Shown here: positions 1 to 12,354 of the stretch, one piece after another
How the letters are laid out: every line of letters begins with the position of its first letter
How positions within the stretch are numbered: position 1 is the stretch's first letter
Assembly: GCA_032718475.1 (NCBI GenBank)
Contig: JAUCBJ010005901.1
Coordinates: 1 to 60,593, forward strand
From: Nemertoderma westbladi
Lineage: Eukaryota; Animalia; Xenacoelomorpha
Direction of reading: 5' to 3'
DNA: 60,593 nt
Notes under the pieces: model-generated
The model's database searches: none
What the model was told of the DNA's origin: nothing
The model's input: only the letters and a program-made list of their open reading frames with translations
Program-made: the position numbers and the translations under genes

Positions 1-414
1 TTATGAATAATGCTTAATTGTTTTTTTCATTAATGTACGAAACTGATTTTATGAATAATGCTTAATTGTTTTTTTCATTAATGTACGAAACTGATTTTAT
101 GAATAATGCTTAATTGTTTTTTCATTAATGTACAAAACTGATTTTATGAATAATGCTTAATTGTTTTTTCATTAATGTACGAAACTGATGTTATGAATAA
201 TGCTTAATTGTTTTTTTCATTAATGTAGGAAACTGATTTTATGAATAATGCTTAATTGTTTTTTCATTAATGTAGGAAACTGATTTTATGAATAATGCTT
301 AATTGTTTTTTTATTAATGTAGGAAACTGATTTTATCAATAATGCTTAATTGTTTTTTTATTAATGTAGGAAACTGATTTTATGAATAATGCTTAATTGT
401 TTTTTTCATTAATG
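1..414. repeat. Tandem minisatellite, ~47-48 bp unit, ~8.5 copies (runs off the left edge)
   Basis: Unit TTATGAATAATGCTTAATTGTTTTTTTCATTAATGTACGAAACTGATT repeats head to tail; only the T-run length and a few bases vary. Confidence 0.95.
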
Positions 415-624
415 CTTTCGGAACGAGGGAGAGTTCATCCAATCATTATTTGTAACAATTTCGCACACGTTATATTATCACATAGACTCTGTATATAAAT
501 ACAGTTAGCATATATATAGACATCAAATGCATGACATATAAAGAGTGTACAGTGGTTAAATACATGACAAATAGAATAAATATAATATAAAGCAGTAATA
601 TAATAGCATGTAATATAAGTAAGT

Positions 625-1823
625 CTATACACTTCCTTTCCATTGGTTTCTAAGAAACTTATAAGCAGAAGATGCCAGATTGCTATCAATGTTTTGTGGG
701 GATGACATAGCTGTATAGCAAAAATTGTATATATCTGTACGAGATTGGGTTTGCATACCAATAAAACCGGAAGCTCCAATTAATTCCTCCAGATTACCAT
801 CGGTTACAGATTTCGACCTGTTGAGAGCTCCATACCATTCAGGATGGTTAAATATATGATCCGGGATTCCAGAGGAGAGTAGAAGATGTCTTTGTTGGCG
901 CATTCTGTGACAGTTCCATAGGTTGACAAAGAGATCGCACTCTCTTTGGATGACTGGAATATAAACGTACCCAAGGATTTCACGATCAACCTCATCCGAT
1001 GTTCGTAGGCAAAACATTCAACAAGATCCTTTAGTTGTTCTTTGAAGTACTTTTCTAAGCGTTCGTGGAGCTCTCTCCACAACCTTTCTATTTTATTTTA
1101 TGTAGAGGGGCCATACTTAAAGTATTCGACGGGATCTCTTTCCGGATCCTCCTGATTGCCGAGTAAGGAATGTAAATAGAAGACGCATTGTCCCCATTAT
1201 CCCGGTTTCAGAACCCTTATCGCATATACATAGAGATGCAGCCCATTTCCCTAAGAAGGTCTAGATATAAAGAAACGATAGTGACAGGCGAGGAGTTGGA
1301 AGGCATAACACGGAGTAGTACAATTTTTCGCAAAAATGTGTCTTGTAAGCCGTACAAAGCCAATTGGAACAATGAGTTTTGAAACCCGCATAATTTATCG
1401 TGCCCATTGCACGACAAAAGCCACATAGGTCCCCATTGGATTTAAATTATGTTTTGCGCGGTTTCTTCCTGTTACTTAGCCTTCGCTCTTCTAATCCTGA
1501 CGTCCTTTTCGTCCTGCAAGATACTGTAAATTAAATTTCGAGGAACCAGAATACCGCGTAACACGTTCGTAATTTCGAATGCATGGCTCTGTAGCCGAGA
1601 AGACTTCCAGGACCATCGAGTTCTTTCCTAACAACTTCCTTAACTTCCTCCAGAGGAGTATCATATTCGATATAACTAATATCAAAACTACGTAACCTGC
1701 GATCTAAAGTTTTAAGTGACCAGTCCAAATTATATTTATCTTTGATGCTAACTAGAATTTCACTTCTTTTCCAGTTTTGGTGTACTAGTTTGGTCAAGTT
1801 TCTTTCAATTCAAATTCAGCCAT
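625..1823 (-). pseudogene. Frameshifted rve-like DDE integrase/transposase (tentatively IS3EU-type DNA transposon)
   Basis: Fragments in several frames: MAEFELKENLTKLVHQ...SLKTLDRRL...GPGSLLGYRAM; NGHDKLCGFQ...LYGLQDTFLRKI; ERLWRELHERLEK; FVNLWNCHRMR...GIPDHIF. The layout is HTH plus integrase core. Confidence 0.6.
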
Positions 1824-2039
1824 ATTCTGTTAGGCATATACAGTAGCAGAGCAGTACCGGTATTAATTCAACAATTAATTATGTAATTACAAGTACTGGT
1901 ATGGGTAGCAGGTAGCGAAACCGCCCCTAAACGGTCCAGCAGTCCAGTCAGGTAGTACAGCAGTAGTACAGTCTCAGCAAAGTACTGGCCTGGAGTGGAG
2001 ATCAACGATTGATGCCCACTTAGATCCTACCACCATAAT

Positions 2040-2414
2040 ACACGTTCGCGGGGCCATCGCGCAGGACGAGGCTCAGTTATCAGATACAGTTTGAAATTGA
2101 GCGACTGTATCACAAAATCAGGTTTTGAGAAATTTACCCACACCACCAATCAATCAAAGAAAGGGGACAGTACGTGTTCACCCCTTTTACTCGAAACAAT
2201 GTACACGTTCGTGGGGCCTTCGCGCAGCACGAGGCCCAGTTATGAGATACAAATTAAAATTGTGCGACTGTATCACAAAATCAGGTTATGAGAGATTAAC
2301 CCACACCACCAATTAATCAAAGAAAGGGGGACAGTACGTGTTCACCCCTTTTAATCTGCACCCCCCCCCCCCCCCCCCTCCCATCAATACATAACCGCAA
2401 CATCTACCACCCAC
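2040..2414. repeat. Two tandem ~165-bp units of a dispersed repeat; a third copy lies at ~7770-7980
   Basis: CACGTTCGTGGGGCCTTCGCGCAGCACGAGGCCCAGTTATGAGATAC...GTACGTGTTCACCCCTTTTA occurs at ~2040, ~2204 and ~7770. Confidence 0.85.
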
Positions 2415-2471
2415 GGAAGGGTAGCACGAACTTATTTCCAAACGCACGTTCAATATGCAAAGCCAGGTGGT

Positions 2472-2930
2472 TTATAGGAATATAATCAATGCAGTACTCG
2501 TCTTCATTATAAGCCTCTTTGCGTTCGACCTGTTTTGTATTAAAATATATTTATTAAACGCAGGCTGATGCTCTTTATAATAATAATACCTAGGGATGCC
2601 AGCTTCCAGACTTTCAATCTTTACTGCCGCGCAAACCCCGCAGAGGAAGTTTTGGTTTGAGAGATCAAGCCCATCGGCAATTGGTGTTTCAATTTCGGTC
2701 CAGGAACTCTGACAATGGGAGCATTCAATCTTAGCTGTGGTCCATTCCCGTGGTTTCGGCTTCCTTTTCTTCGTCCCAATGACAGATTCTTCTGAAGACG
2801 TTCGATTCGCTTTCAGTTTATTGTTGGCGTTTGTGTTTTGAAGTTGTATTCGAGTGGACAGACGCGCCGGTTTCGAGGTAACCATACCGACCTGTGATAA
2901 GCGTTGGTTTTGTTGAGTGCCGGTATTCAT
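2472..2930 (-). pseudogene. Fragment with a PHD-like Cys cluster, possibly a LINE ORF1 remnant
   Basis: IECSHCQSSW...FLCGVCAA followed by a coiled-coil-like start; no ORF2 nearby. Confidence 0.35.
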
Positions 2931-3163
2931 CTTCTCTCACCTCTTCAATGTCAGATGTTGCAAATACTGATAACAGGAATAACGGTATATATTTCAATAC
3001 TTGTCAATAGTAATATATATAATTTAGATAACTATTTTATATCTGTACTGTTGAGCAAACTCTACATAAATTCCAACCTGTGTATCGCCGGTAGTGCTGT
3101 TGCTGTGCAAGTGCTGAAGTGCTAGTTGCCACCGGTCAGCCGGTACCGGTAGTAGGGTGGTAC

Positions 3164-4993
3164 CATGGCCTACTACACACAGGCCATGACAAGGACTTTG
3201 CTGTGAAATTAGCGTAGGCTGACTGCTGAATTATCAAATATTATATTTTCCACGAATGCAGGGTCCATATTTAAAAGAAGATGACTAGATTTTCGTAAGT
3301 AATTTAATTGAAACAGTATTTAATAATTAATTAATTAATTATCGCTAGAGTTCCTGCAGCTTTTATTTGTTTGTGGCTGCCTCTGGCTATGTTTGTGGCA
3401 GGAATGTTTGAACACTTATAAGTCAGTCAATCAAGGATGAAATGGGACCAAACTTGGTACACATGTAGTCTATAAAAAATTTTGAAATTCTACACACAGA
3501 CAGACTTCTACAGTTCCCCTGTCTGCCGCTAGGGGGCGAATTAACAGAAACTTAATAATAGCTGTAATTATAGAACCAACGATCAGATTCATCTGAAATT
3601 TAGTAGTAGTTACCTAAGAGCATTGCTTAATTAGAAATTCTACAGAGACTTTTACAGTTCCTGTCTGCCGCTAGTGGGGAATTGTTAAAGCTCCAGTTCA
3701 ACGTGCTTAGTACGGTTTAATAAACAATAAATTAATTATTGTATTCAATACAGTAATTATAACAGTAAAATGCAATGTATTCTATTTTTTAGTAAAATCA
3801 AGAGACAGGAGGGGGATGGGACTGGACGCAAATCCCATCTTGGCGAATTAATATCCCGCCTCAATATTAATTTCTCAATTTTGGGAAAGGAGCAGGTTAC
3901 AGTGGCACGTTATTTTAACCAAAACAATAAAGTAAACACAATAGAACAGGTTACAGTTTTATTTTTGAGAGTAATCAGCTGTTGTTATTTGCGTCCAATT
4001 TCCCTTGGAGAGGGATTAATTTTTATTGCGTCCAGTCCCCCCCCCCCCCCCTATCTTGAAATCAAATACCAAAAATATATTTATTATATGATATTCTATT
4101 TGGAAATTGTAATTTCTTTTTGGAAATTGTAAGATTTACCAATTATTTAATACGTTTGATAGAATTGAACAACACCGCCCAACACAACCAACTCTCTATC
4201 CGCCTCGAGCTGTCGAGCATCGAGAATATGAGAAACTCGATCGAAATACCTGCTTATCCCAGTAGTATCCGTCCGTAGTCACCGGACCGCTGCGGTTTAC
4301 TCCCGTAGAACAGTAGAATTCCCGCAGCTTTCGACCCAATTCGACAACGAATTCGCTTCACACTTTCACGTCGCAGAGAACGTAATCCAGTATGATACAA
4401 GTATGCCCGACGTTCAACCACTTCCCCCAGGCGATACCAGGATCCGGGCCACCGCTAAACCCAGATCGCAATCCTCATCGATTCGTCCAGTCGTCGACGT
4501 AAGTCAGTAAGTGGGACTCTTCCCACCGCACTCCAAGGTGGGTGACCGGAGTGAGGCATGAGGAACTTGGCAATGGTCTGCATTACAATCTGACCGACCG
4601 CCGTATTCCCAGTGTCTGAGTGTAGTAAATACCGGTACCCAAATAGAATCGTACTGACAAACAAGCAATTCCGTAGCACTGCGTAGTATTCCCCCGTTAA
4701 TCACCTCTTGAAGCAACTCGGCTGCTCGGGTCCAGATACGTCGGACTGTCGGGAGCGTTTCAGACAGTAATGGCAGAATGGAGCGGCATTTGCGAATATT
4801 TCCAATGGTTTTATAATAAATAAGGGGATTAAATGCTAAAACAAATGGATTATTCCTAACCCCACCCCAATACAGCAGTATACCTAACAGTATATAGCTT
4901 GTACCACAGTACCATAATCTGATAATCAGCACAGTCAGCCTACGCTAATTTCACAGCAAAGTCCTTGTCATGGCCTGTGTGTAGTAGGCCATG
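3164..4993. mobile_element. Non-autonomous TIR DNA transposon (P- or hAT-like), ~62-bp TIRs, 8-bp TSD
   Basis: CATGGCCTACTACACACAGGCC...GGCTGACTG at 3164 is the inverted copy of 4932-4993; TSD GGTGGTAC at 3156-3163 and 4994-5001. Confidence 0.9.
3799..4058. mobile_element. Small nested MITE, possible 4-bp TSD AAAT
   Basis: CAAGA..GGGG..GGGACTGGACGCAA is inverted as TTGCGTCCAGTCCC(C)nTATCTTG; AAAT on both flanks. Confidence 0.6.
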
Positions 4994-5521
4994 GGTGGTA
5001 CCTACGGTGCGCACTACAACTGACAACGGCAGTACAGCAATACGGTGTACCGTGCCAATGCAGCAATGACTGAATGATTAGCGGTAACTATCTAAACTAT
5101 TATATTATTATTACCAGTGCCGGTACTGGGCTAATTAGGCCTAAACTTTAATCACCGCAAGGGTTGCCGGGGTTAATTAGATTACATGATATGGCATATC
5201 TGCAGTGTATGGTACCGGCTGACCAGTATTGCAGTATTGACTGATTGCAGGATTCTCGATTCAGGGATTGTGTACAGCCTGACAGTACCGGTACACATGG
5301 TACATGCAGACAACCCCAATGTATTGCAAAATTTGTCAGAAACACAGCTGATTTATCCTACAGTAATAATAATTTAACGCATGGTTGAAATTGATGTTGT
5401 TTCCCTAATCAACTTAATTAACTAATTAACTGCTATGGAATGTTGTATGGGGATTACAGCTGTATAACTTTTAAGTATATTTATTTAAATCTTATACTAG
5501 AAAATAATTAATATCCTTTAA

Positions 5522-6038
5522 GGGGGGGTACACCTTTTACAGTGAACCTAATCACATGAAAGTTTTTTTATATGATAGATCAAAGATGGGGCAACATAAC
5601 TATCAGGCGAAATTTTGTGAAAATAATTCTGCACCGCTAGGTGGCGCTGCAAATTTATGCTAATTTTTAGGTTTTTTATAAATAGTATTAAATTTTATTA
5701 ACAAAAAATTTCGAAAAGTTGCCTGATACTTTTATGCAGGGTGACAATCTAGACACCCACAGGAAGTTTCAGACTAATTACTCAAAAATTGTTGAAGTAG
5801 TAGGGTTTTGAAGTTGACAATTTCATGAAAAAAATATTTGGAGATAATTGACCTTTCATTATACATAGTAATAGCAATTTCAATAGGAATCACTAAATGT
5901 AAATTTACATAACTTGAAAACTAAAAGAGCTATTAAATAGCGGTTTTCAGATTTGGAAACACCATTCAATGGTGCATTATAATAGACCATAAAAAAAATT
6001 TCGACATATTTTGGACCAAAATGGTGTACCCCCCCCCC
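5522..6038. mobile_element. Kolobok-like MITE (TTAA TSD, GG...CC termini)
   Basis: TTAA-GGGGGGGTACACC ... GGTGTACCCCCCCCCC-TTAA. Confidence 0.8.
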
Positions 6039-6088
6039 TTAAGGAGGCAGGTTGAAATTGATGTTGTTACCCTAATCAACTTAATTAA

Positions 6089-7591
6089 CCCTTTGCTGCT
6101 CGAATTATTTTTAATGGTTTAGAACATTTTTTTTTAGGTTAGATAAACTTAAAACAGTCTAAAAGAACACATTAATGCCAAAAAATTTATTTTTTTTATT
6201 ATTTGAATATTTTTAATGAATGTTGTTCAGGAACAACAATGAGCATTAATGGTAGCAATAATATTTGGTAAAATAGTATCAGATTCATCTTCGCCACTAT
6301 CATTACTATCTGGTATGACAATTGAATACACCTTCTCTTTGTTCTGGTACCGAACTTACTACTCCTAGGATCGGTATGCTGCATTGGAGCTGCATTTTTA
6401 AGAAAGCTTTGCCGGCATATCGACAAAATTTCGCCGCCGCAACTCCCTATCACCCATGACATTTGCTAGATCATCCGCATCTTCAAGGCCAGTGTCATTT
6501 AAGATGCGTCTCAAGAAAGTCATTGGCTGTCCACCATGCTTATTCACTCAATGAGGCCTCCTTCAAAACACAAGATTATGCACTGGCTGGTCCTCACGGT
6601 GAAAGCAATGTCCTGCAAAGCGGAGGGGGCTTTGTTCTAGCATCAAGCTTGGGAGAACCAATGAGAGACACTTCCAATGTTATATAGTGTCCGGTTGGAG
6701 ATGTGTGCATTGTACTTGATATAGTGAATTACCGGTACTACTACTACGATCGGCAGGCATGCTGCATTCAGCTGCATTATATATGTATAACATATATATT
6801 AAGAATGCTGTGATGGCTTGTCGAAAAAATTGCCCCGCAACAACACCCTATCACCCATGACATTTGCTAGATCATCTGCATCTTCAAGGTCAGTGTCCTT
6901 TGGGATGCGTCTCAAGAAAGTCATGGGCTGTCCACCATGATTATTCGCTCCATGAGAGCGCCAAAGCACAAGGTTATGCACTGGCTGGTCATTACGGCGT
7001 AAGCAATGTCCTGCAAAGCGGAGGCGGTTCCGTTCAAGTGTCAAGCTAGTGAAGATTAATGGAACACCTCCAATACTGTATAGAGTTTGGTTGGAGATGT
7101 GTTCATTGTACTTGACAGAGTGAACTCTGCGCAGCATTCTTGTGAAAGTTCCTGTGAAAGTGTGAAATAAAAACTAATAACAGTGTAATTACAGCTTTCT
7201 TAAATGGGTAATGTTGTTGTGGGACAACAATCTTTAAAACACTACTCACTTGGTTAAAATCTATTAACAATCTATTGGAGCATTCGAAAATCATCTTAGA
7301 CATATTTTCCTATCTACTCAATTTTTTTGGAACGGAAAAATTAAAGGGAATTGTCTTTTTTAACAATATGAATGCACGTGTTTTTTCAATTACCGCTTAT
7401 TGAAGCATAGGCTCACAATATGTAAGCCAATGTTCAAATTTCCCTCTGGAAAGCAAAGGAAACTGATCCTCAGGTACAAGAAACATGTTGACAACCCATA
7501 TCAACCAATTAGATTTCACATATTACCATTCTGAGATTAGGAGAGCCAATAATAGGAATGTTGTTCCGGAACAACACTGAGCAGCAAAGGG
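6089..7591. mobile_element. Non-autonomous piggyBac-type element carrying RTE fragments
   Basis: TTAA-CCCTTTGCTGCTC ... GAGCAGCAAAGGG-TTAA (13-bp TIR). The flanks rejoin to match the uninterrupted sequence at ~5383-5429. Internal AATGTTGTTC.GGAACAACA repeats at ~6218 and ~7557. Confidence 0.85.
6403..7140 (-). pseudogene. Two tandem 3' fragments of an RTE-clade LINE
   Basis: MLRRV...EHISNQTLY...RLRFAGHCLR...LVLW is the RTE C-terminus; ~6403-6720 duplicates part of ~6800-7140. Confidence 0.75.
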
Positions 7592-7616
7592 TTAACTAAT
7601 TAAGTTAGATTAATTC

Positions 7617-7806
7617 TTAGCTTCTCGAAGGCCACGCGAAAATTCAACTTGAAAAATTTCTAAACTTTGGCCAGACCATATGTGTACCAAGTTTGGTTAA
7701 ATTTCATTAACATTTGGCTGAGTTATTAAGGTTTAAAATTGGACACGACAGAACGACAGAACAATAGAAGACGTTCATGGGGCCTTCGCGCAGCACGAGG
7801 CCCAGT
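7617..7806 (+). mobile_element. DINE-1/HINE-like (Helentron-associated) short element
   Basis: Subterminal IR CGAAGGCC / GGCCTTCG, GACAGAAC microrepeat, terminal hairpin GGGCCT..AGGCCC. Confidence 0.45.
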
Positions 7807-8381
7807 TATGAGATACAAATTAAAATAGAGCGACTGTATCACAAAATCAGGTTTTGAGAAATTTAGCCACACCACCAATCAATCAAAGAAAGGGGGACAG
7901 TACGTGTTCACCCCTTTTAATCCCCCCCCCCCCCGCCCTTTCCAACCACCAATACATAACTGCGACATCTACCACCCACATGCCCATGTCTTTCCCTTAC
8001 GTATTCGAAGGTTCTCACGTTACTTCCGGATCCATGATCCCAGGTTGTCCAGATGCTCAAGCATACCATCCTTTGAGCTAAGGAGGCTAGCTCACGGGCA
8101 TCAGAGAACAGGGAGTGCCAAGGGAAGGAAGGATAGATTTGCCAATGGTGGGGCAGAATACCATCTGATTGGGATGCATCCATTGGCCAGGCCACAATAC
8201 CAAGTAGCAATATTCCATGTGTTAGTAATATAACTGTTGTCTTTAATACCTGTTGTTCAGTTGGTTTGTGTAGAGTTGTGGAAGCAGGACGGTTTAGACT
8301 GTAACTGTGCTATTATCGTATTCTTATTGTGCTAATATTGTATTCTGACATTATAAACAACTGCCACTAAAACTCAGATAT

Positions 8382-9170
8382 TCAATCGGCCTCCGGCCTT
8401 TCAGATACCACAAGCCATTCAGCAGAGCAGCCAGCGGACGTGGCGACGCGTACTACCCAAAGGCAAAACAAACTGGTCGGGAATCCCTCGACAACAGTTA
8501 TCATCCCAGTTATCATCACCCCATCATCATTATGATGATCTAAGGACATGCGTAGAACATAGTCAACCACAATTATGAACAAGAATGGTGCAAGTGTGTC
8601 TCCCTGGAGATGCCCCATAACACTTCAAATGGTTCTGTGTCACCCTCAACAGTAGACACAAATGTTGTATACTGTTATGCGCCTTATAGAGATCATTTCG
8701 GCACTTCTGAATTTTGTTGTTAGTCCAGGGGGCCCGTTTCCTGGTTCGAGGGTATACAGGAACTGTTTCTGCAGCTGCTAACTAAACTGCTTCTGTGAAG
8801 GCAGTATAGCCCTTACAGTGATCTGCCCCCTCAGAGGCAAGAACCTCATACCTGTTGCTCAGCTGTAGTGTGAAGCTGGGTCTCACACTTGGCTGTTGCA
8901 ACAGTGAGGACCAGTCATGCCGCGGCAAGGCAGATTTCGTTGTTTTGCTAGCATGCAGACTAAGTCTTACCTTGGCCACAATAAGGCGGTGATCACTGGA
9001 GAAGGGTCGAAGTGTAAATGCATTACATTCTTGTATAGAGCTCCTGTATTTCCTACGAAACAGAATATGGTCTATCTGGGACTTGTGACTACTGGGTCCA
9101 CTAGGAGTCCATAGCTTTCCAGTTCGCTTCTTGAACTGGGTTCCAGCTGAAAACAATCCATTTCCAGAGA
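8382..9170 (-). pseudogene. Degenerate RTE LINE fragments (APE C-terminus and RT QG motif)
   Basis: SQIDHIL...SSDHRLI and LQGDTLAPFLFIIVVDY. Confidence 0.75.
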
Positions 9171-12100
9171 TAAAATCCGGAAGATGGACGAAATTTCGGT
9201 TAACACTATTTCTATAGACCCAGGGCGATGTAGGTGATTGATGCAGACTTGCATTAGGCTACAGATAAGGTAGGCTACAGAGAGTTCTTACATACTGGCA
9301 TTGCACCACCTCCATAGTTTTCAGATTTACGATCATGCCAGAAGACACTATACTACTACTACTAGGTCGAGCGAACTCGGACAGGGGAAATGAGATCCTT
9401 CCAGGCTTCCCGATTCTCCATAGTTGTCGCAATTTCGTTTCTCCTAAGTTCAGTATCCATTTCAAGTTGATCTATATATGTTATGGCCGGTCGTCCACGA
9501 CTACGCTTTCCATGAGTTGGTTGCCAGAAAAGTAGATCTGGTATGACCTCGTCTTTACTTCGCCAGCAGTGCCCACTGAATCTTAATCTGCGTTCACGGA
9601 GGGTGGTTGATACAGGTGGTATTGTACCATAAAGCTCGGCGTTTGTCATGTGTTGTCTCCAGCTGATGTTTAGGGCTGCCCTTAGTAAGTAGTCTTGTGT
9701 AGCAACCATCAATTCGTTGTTCAAGTGATTTAGTCAGTGTCCAGGTCTCACCCCCATATAAAAATACACTTTCCACTGTGGCTCGAAAGAACTTAGTCTT
9801 CAGGTGCCTGGTGAGATCTGATTTCCAGATGGTATCCATTTTTGATAGAGCTACCCAAGCTTTTGCTTTCCTAACTTCTATGTCCTTTTTGCTACTCTCT
9901 ATCCATACGGATCCCTATCCATACTGGAAGTCATCGACCTTCCTTAGTTGATTATCATCAATGGTTGTCAAGTTTCCATCAACATTAAGGTCATGAATTC
10001 GGTCTTTGTAGCATTTATATGCAATCCAACCTCGTTAGCAGCCCTCTCCACTGTATTTAGTAGAAGCTGCGCATCTGCTAGGGTATTAGAGAGCAGGGCG
10101 ATGTCATCCGCAAAGTCAGTGTCTGTGACTGTAGTTGCCGGATATCTACTACTTCTGCGTTCTTGAAGTGTGAATCCCAGGTCTTCACCCTTTGTGGCCG
10201 TCCTCATTGCGTAATCCAGCACAATTACAAATAGTAATGGTGCTAATGTGTCACCTTGCAGTACGCCAGCCACGATTGAGAAAAACTCAGTTTCACCATC
10301 TGGTGAGAGTACCTGCGCTTCTGTGTCACAATATAACAATCCAATGCCAGCAACAATTACTTCTGGTATTCCATAAGCTCTTAGGATTTCAAGCATTTTA
10401 CCTCTATGGATGGAGTCGAACGTCTTCTTGAAGTCCACAAAAGTCATGACAGCGGGGAGATTCTTTGACTTAATTCCTTCAATCAGTCTCCGTAGTGCAA
10501 GTATCTGAGCCATTGTTGATCTACTTGGTCGAAATCCGTTTTGGCTCTTACGCAGTAGTTTCTCTATGTGAGGCCTAATCCTATATAGAATCATTTTATT
10601 GTATATTTTGGCAGCTACCACAAGCAGACAGATCCCACGATAGTTTGTTGGTATGCCGAGGTCTCCTTTCTTGGGGAGAGGCTTTAGTTGACCTTTAGTC
10701 CAAATTGGTGGTGGCTTTTCCCCTTTTAATATCCGGTTGCAAACATTCAATAATGGTCTGTTTAGCACTCCAGTTTTCCATACCTCCGCTGGGATTTCAT
10801 CTAATCCACTCGCTTTATTATTGGACATGCTTTTAATGCTTCTTTGGAGTTCGGCAGGTGTGAAGTCCCCTTTTTCTATAGGTAGTGTCTTGTCATATAT
10901 TTTCCTTGCAGGGCTGACCTCGATGTTTGGTGGCTGCCCAAGCAAGTTGCTGAAGTGATTTTTCCACTTCCCAACACGTTCTCCACGACTATCGGCTTTG
11001 AGGCGCCCCTTTGCACAACTTTTCCGACCAGCGATACCTCATTTACAGTTTGCCAGGTAAGTTTTGATTGTTGCTGTATGTGAGCAGTTGTAATTTCTTC
11101 AGTTTTATCCTGTATGTACTTTTCCTGGCTGATGTTGTAGGCCAATTTAAGATCTTACTTAGCTTTCTCAAACTTGTTAATGTTTTCGGTTGTTGGTTGT
11201 TCGGTTTTAACTTTGTAGGCTATCTTAAGATCTTCTCTCTTATAAGTAAACTCAGAGTTTTGCCATGGCACATATTGTTTTCGTTTGGGTTTCTGGGGGA
11301 TATGCCTCTTAGCTGATTCCTTGTGGGCTGTTATTATATTCTGGTATATTGAATTGGTGGATTGGTCTTCATCCATTGACTGAAGTGCTTCAAAGTAGTT
11401 TTGAACTTCTACTGTATAAGCATCCTTTACAGCATTGTCAGTTCTGAGTTTTTCCCAGTCATATTTGATTTGCTTGCTTGTCCTGGGTTTGCTGGCTCTC
11501 AAACTGAGTCTGATCTCTGCAGTCACAATTCTGTGGTCCGAACCAATTAGGTTGAACGAGCTGTATGCATCGCAGTTGATCATGCTGTTTCTCCACTTTT
11601 TGTTTATAAGGATGTAATCCAGTTATGAGTTGGTTCCATTAGGGTATTGAAAAGTCCATAGCTTCCCCTTAATCTTTTCGAATGTGTTGTTTGTTGGTAT
11701 CAATTCACATTCTTCCATTAGGTCTAAAAGTAAGTACCCATTTCTGTTAGAACTGGTGTTATAGGTGTAACCCTTGATGGCTTCTGGGCTAATTTCAGGT
11801 CACCAGCAATGACTTTAACATTGTGTTTCGGAATGTCCTTTATAAGTCCAGTCAGTTCTTCATAAAACTTGACTGCTTGTTCTGGCTCTGAAGCATTGGT
11901 TGGACTGTAGCATCATATAACTGTTGCCTTGGGATTCCTATCAAATGTTGCGATCATAACCCTGGAATTTATAGATTCGATGGTGTTTAGGGTCTTAAGT
12001 GCAAATGGGCTTAGCAGAATTCCTACTTCACCAATTGATGCATTGGCCGAGTTTCTTACTGCTGAGCTTGTTACTAACATCCATCCATTTCCAATGTCAT

Positions 12101-12354
12101 TGTACTTCATGGCAGTGTCTTCATGACAAATCCGATGTTTGCTGTGATCTTAATAATATAGTTAGATCATGCAAAAAGGTAAATTAAGTTTATCCTGTAT
12201 ATCGGTAATCCAGTAGTATATTAGTTGTACTTATCCTAAGCTAGAATACATTTTGAATTTCCCGCCACCTGCATTTAAATGTTACATAAACATAATAAGG
12301 GTAGAACCCACCAACTCCCCCCTTTAAGATTGAGTTTGTCTAACGAGATCTGAG

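Noticed and set aside
1-414. Regular repeats resembling a CRISPR array (also 24462-25030)
   Set aside because: Head-to-tail units with no unique spacers, no cas genes, and a eukaryotic context.
3281-3420. Possible signal-peptide first exons for the crystallin gene (ATGACTAGATTTTC|gtaagt ... hydrophobic stretch)
   Set aside because: It lies inside a TSD-bounded transposon and has no suitable phase-0 donor; it cannot be supported without transcripts.
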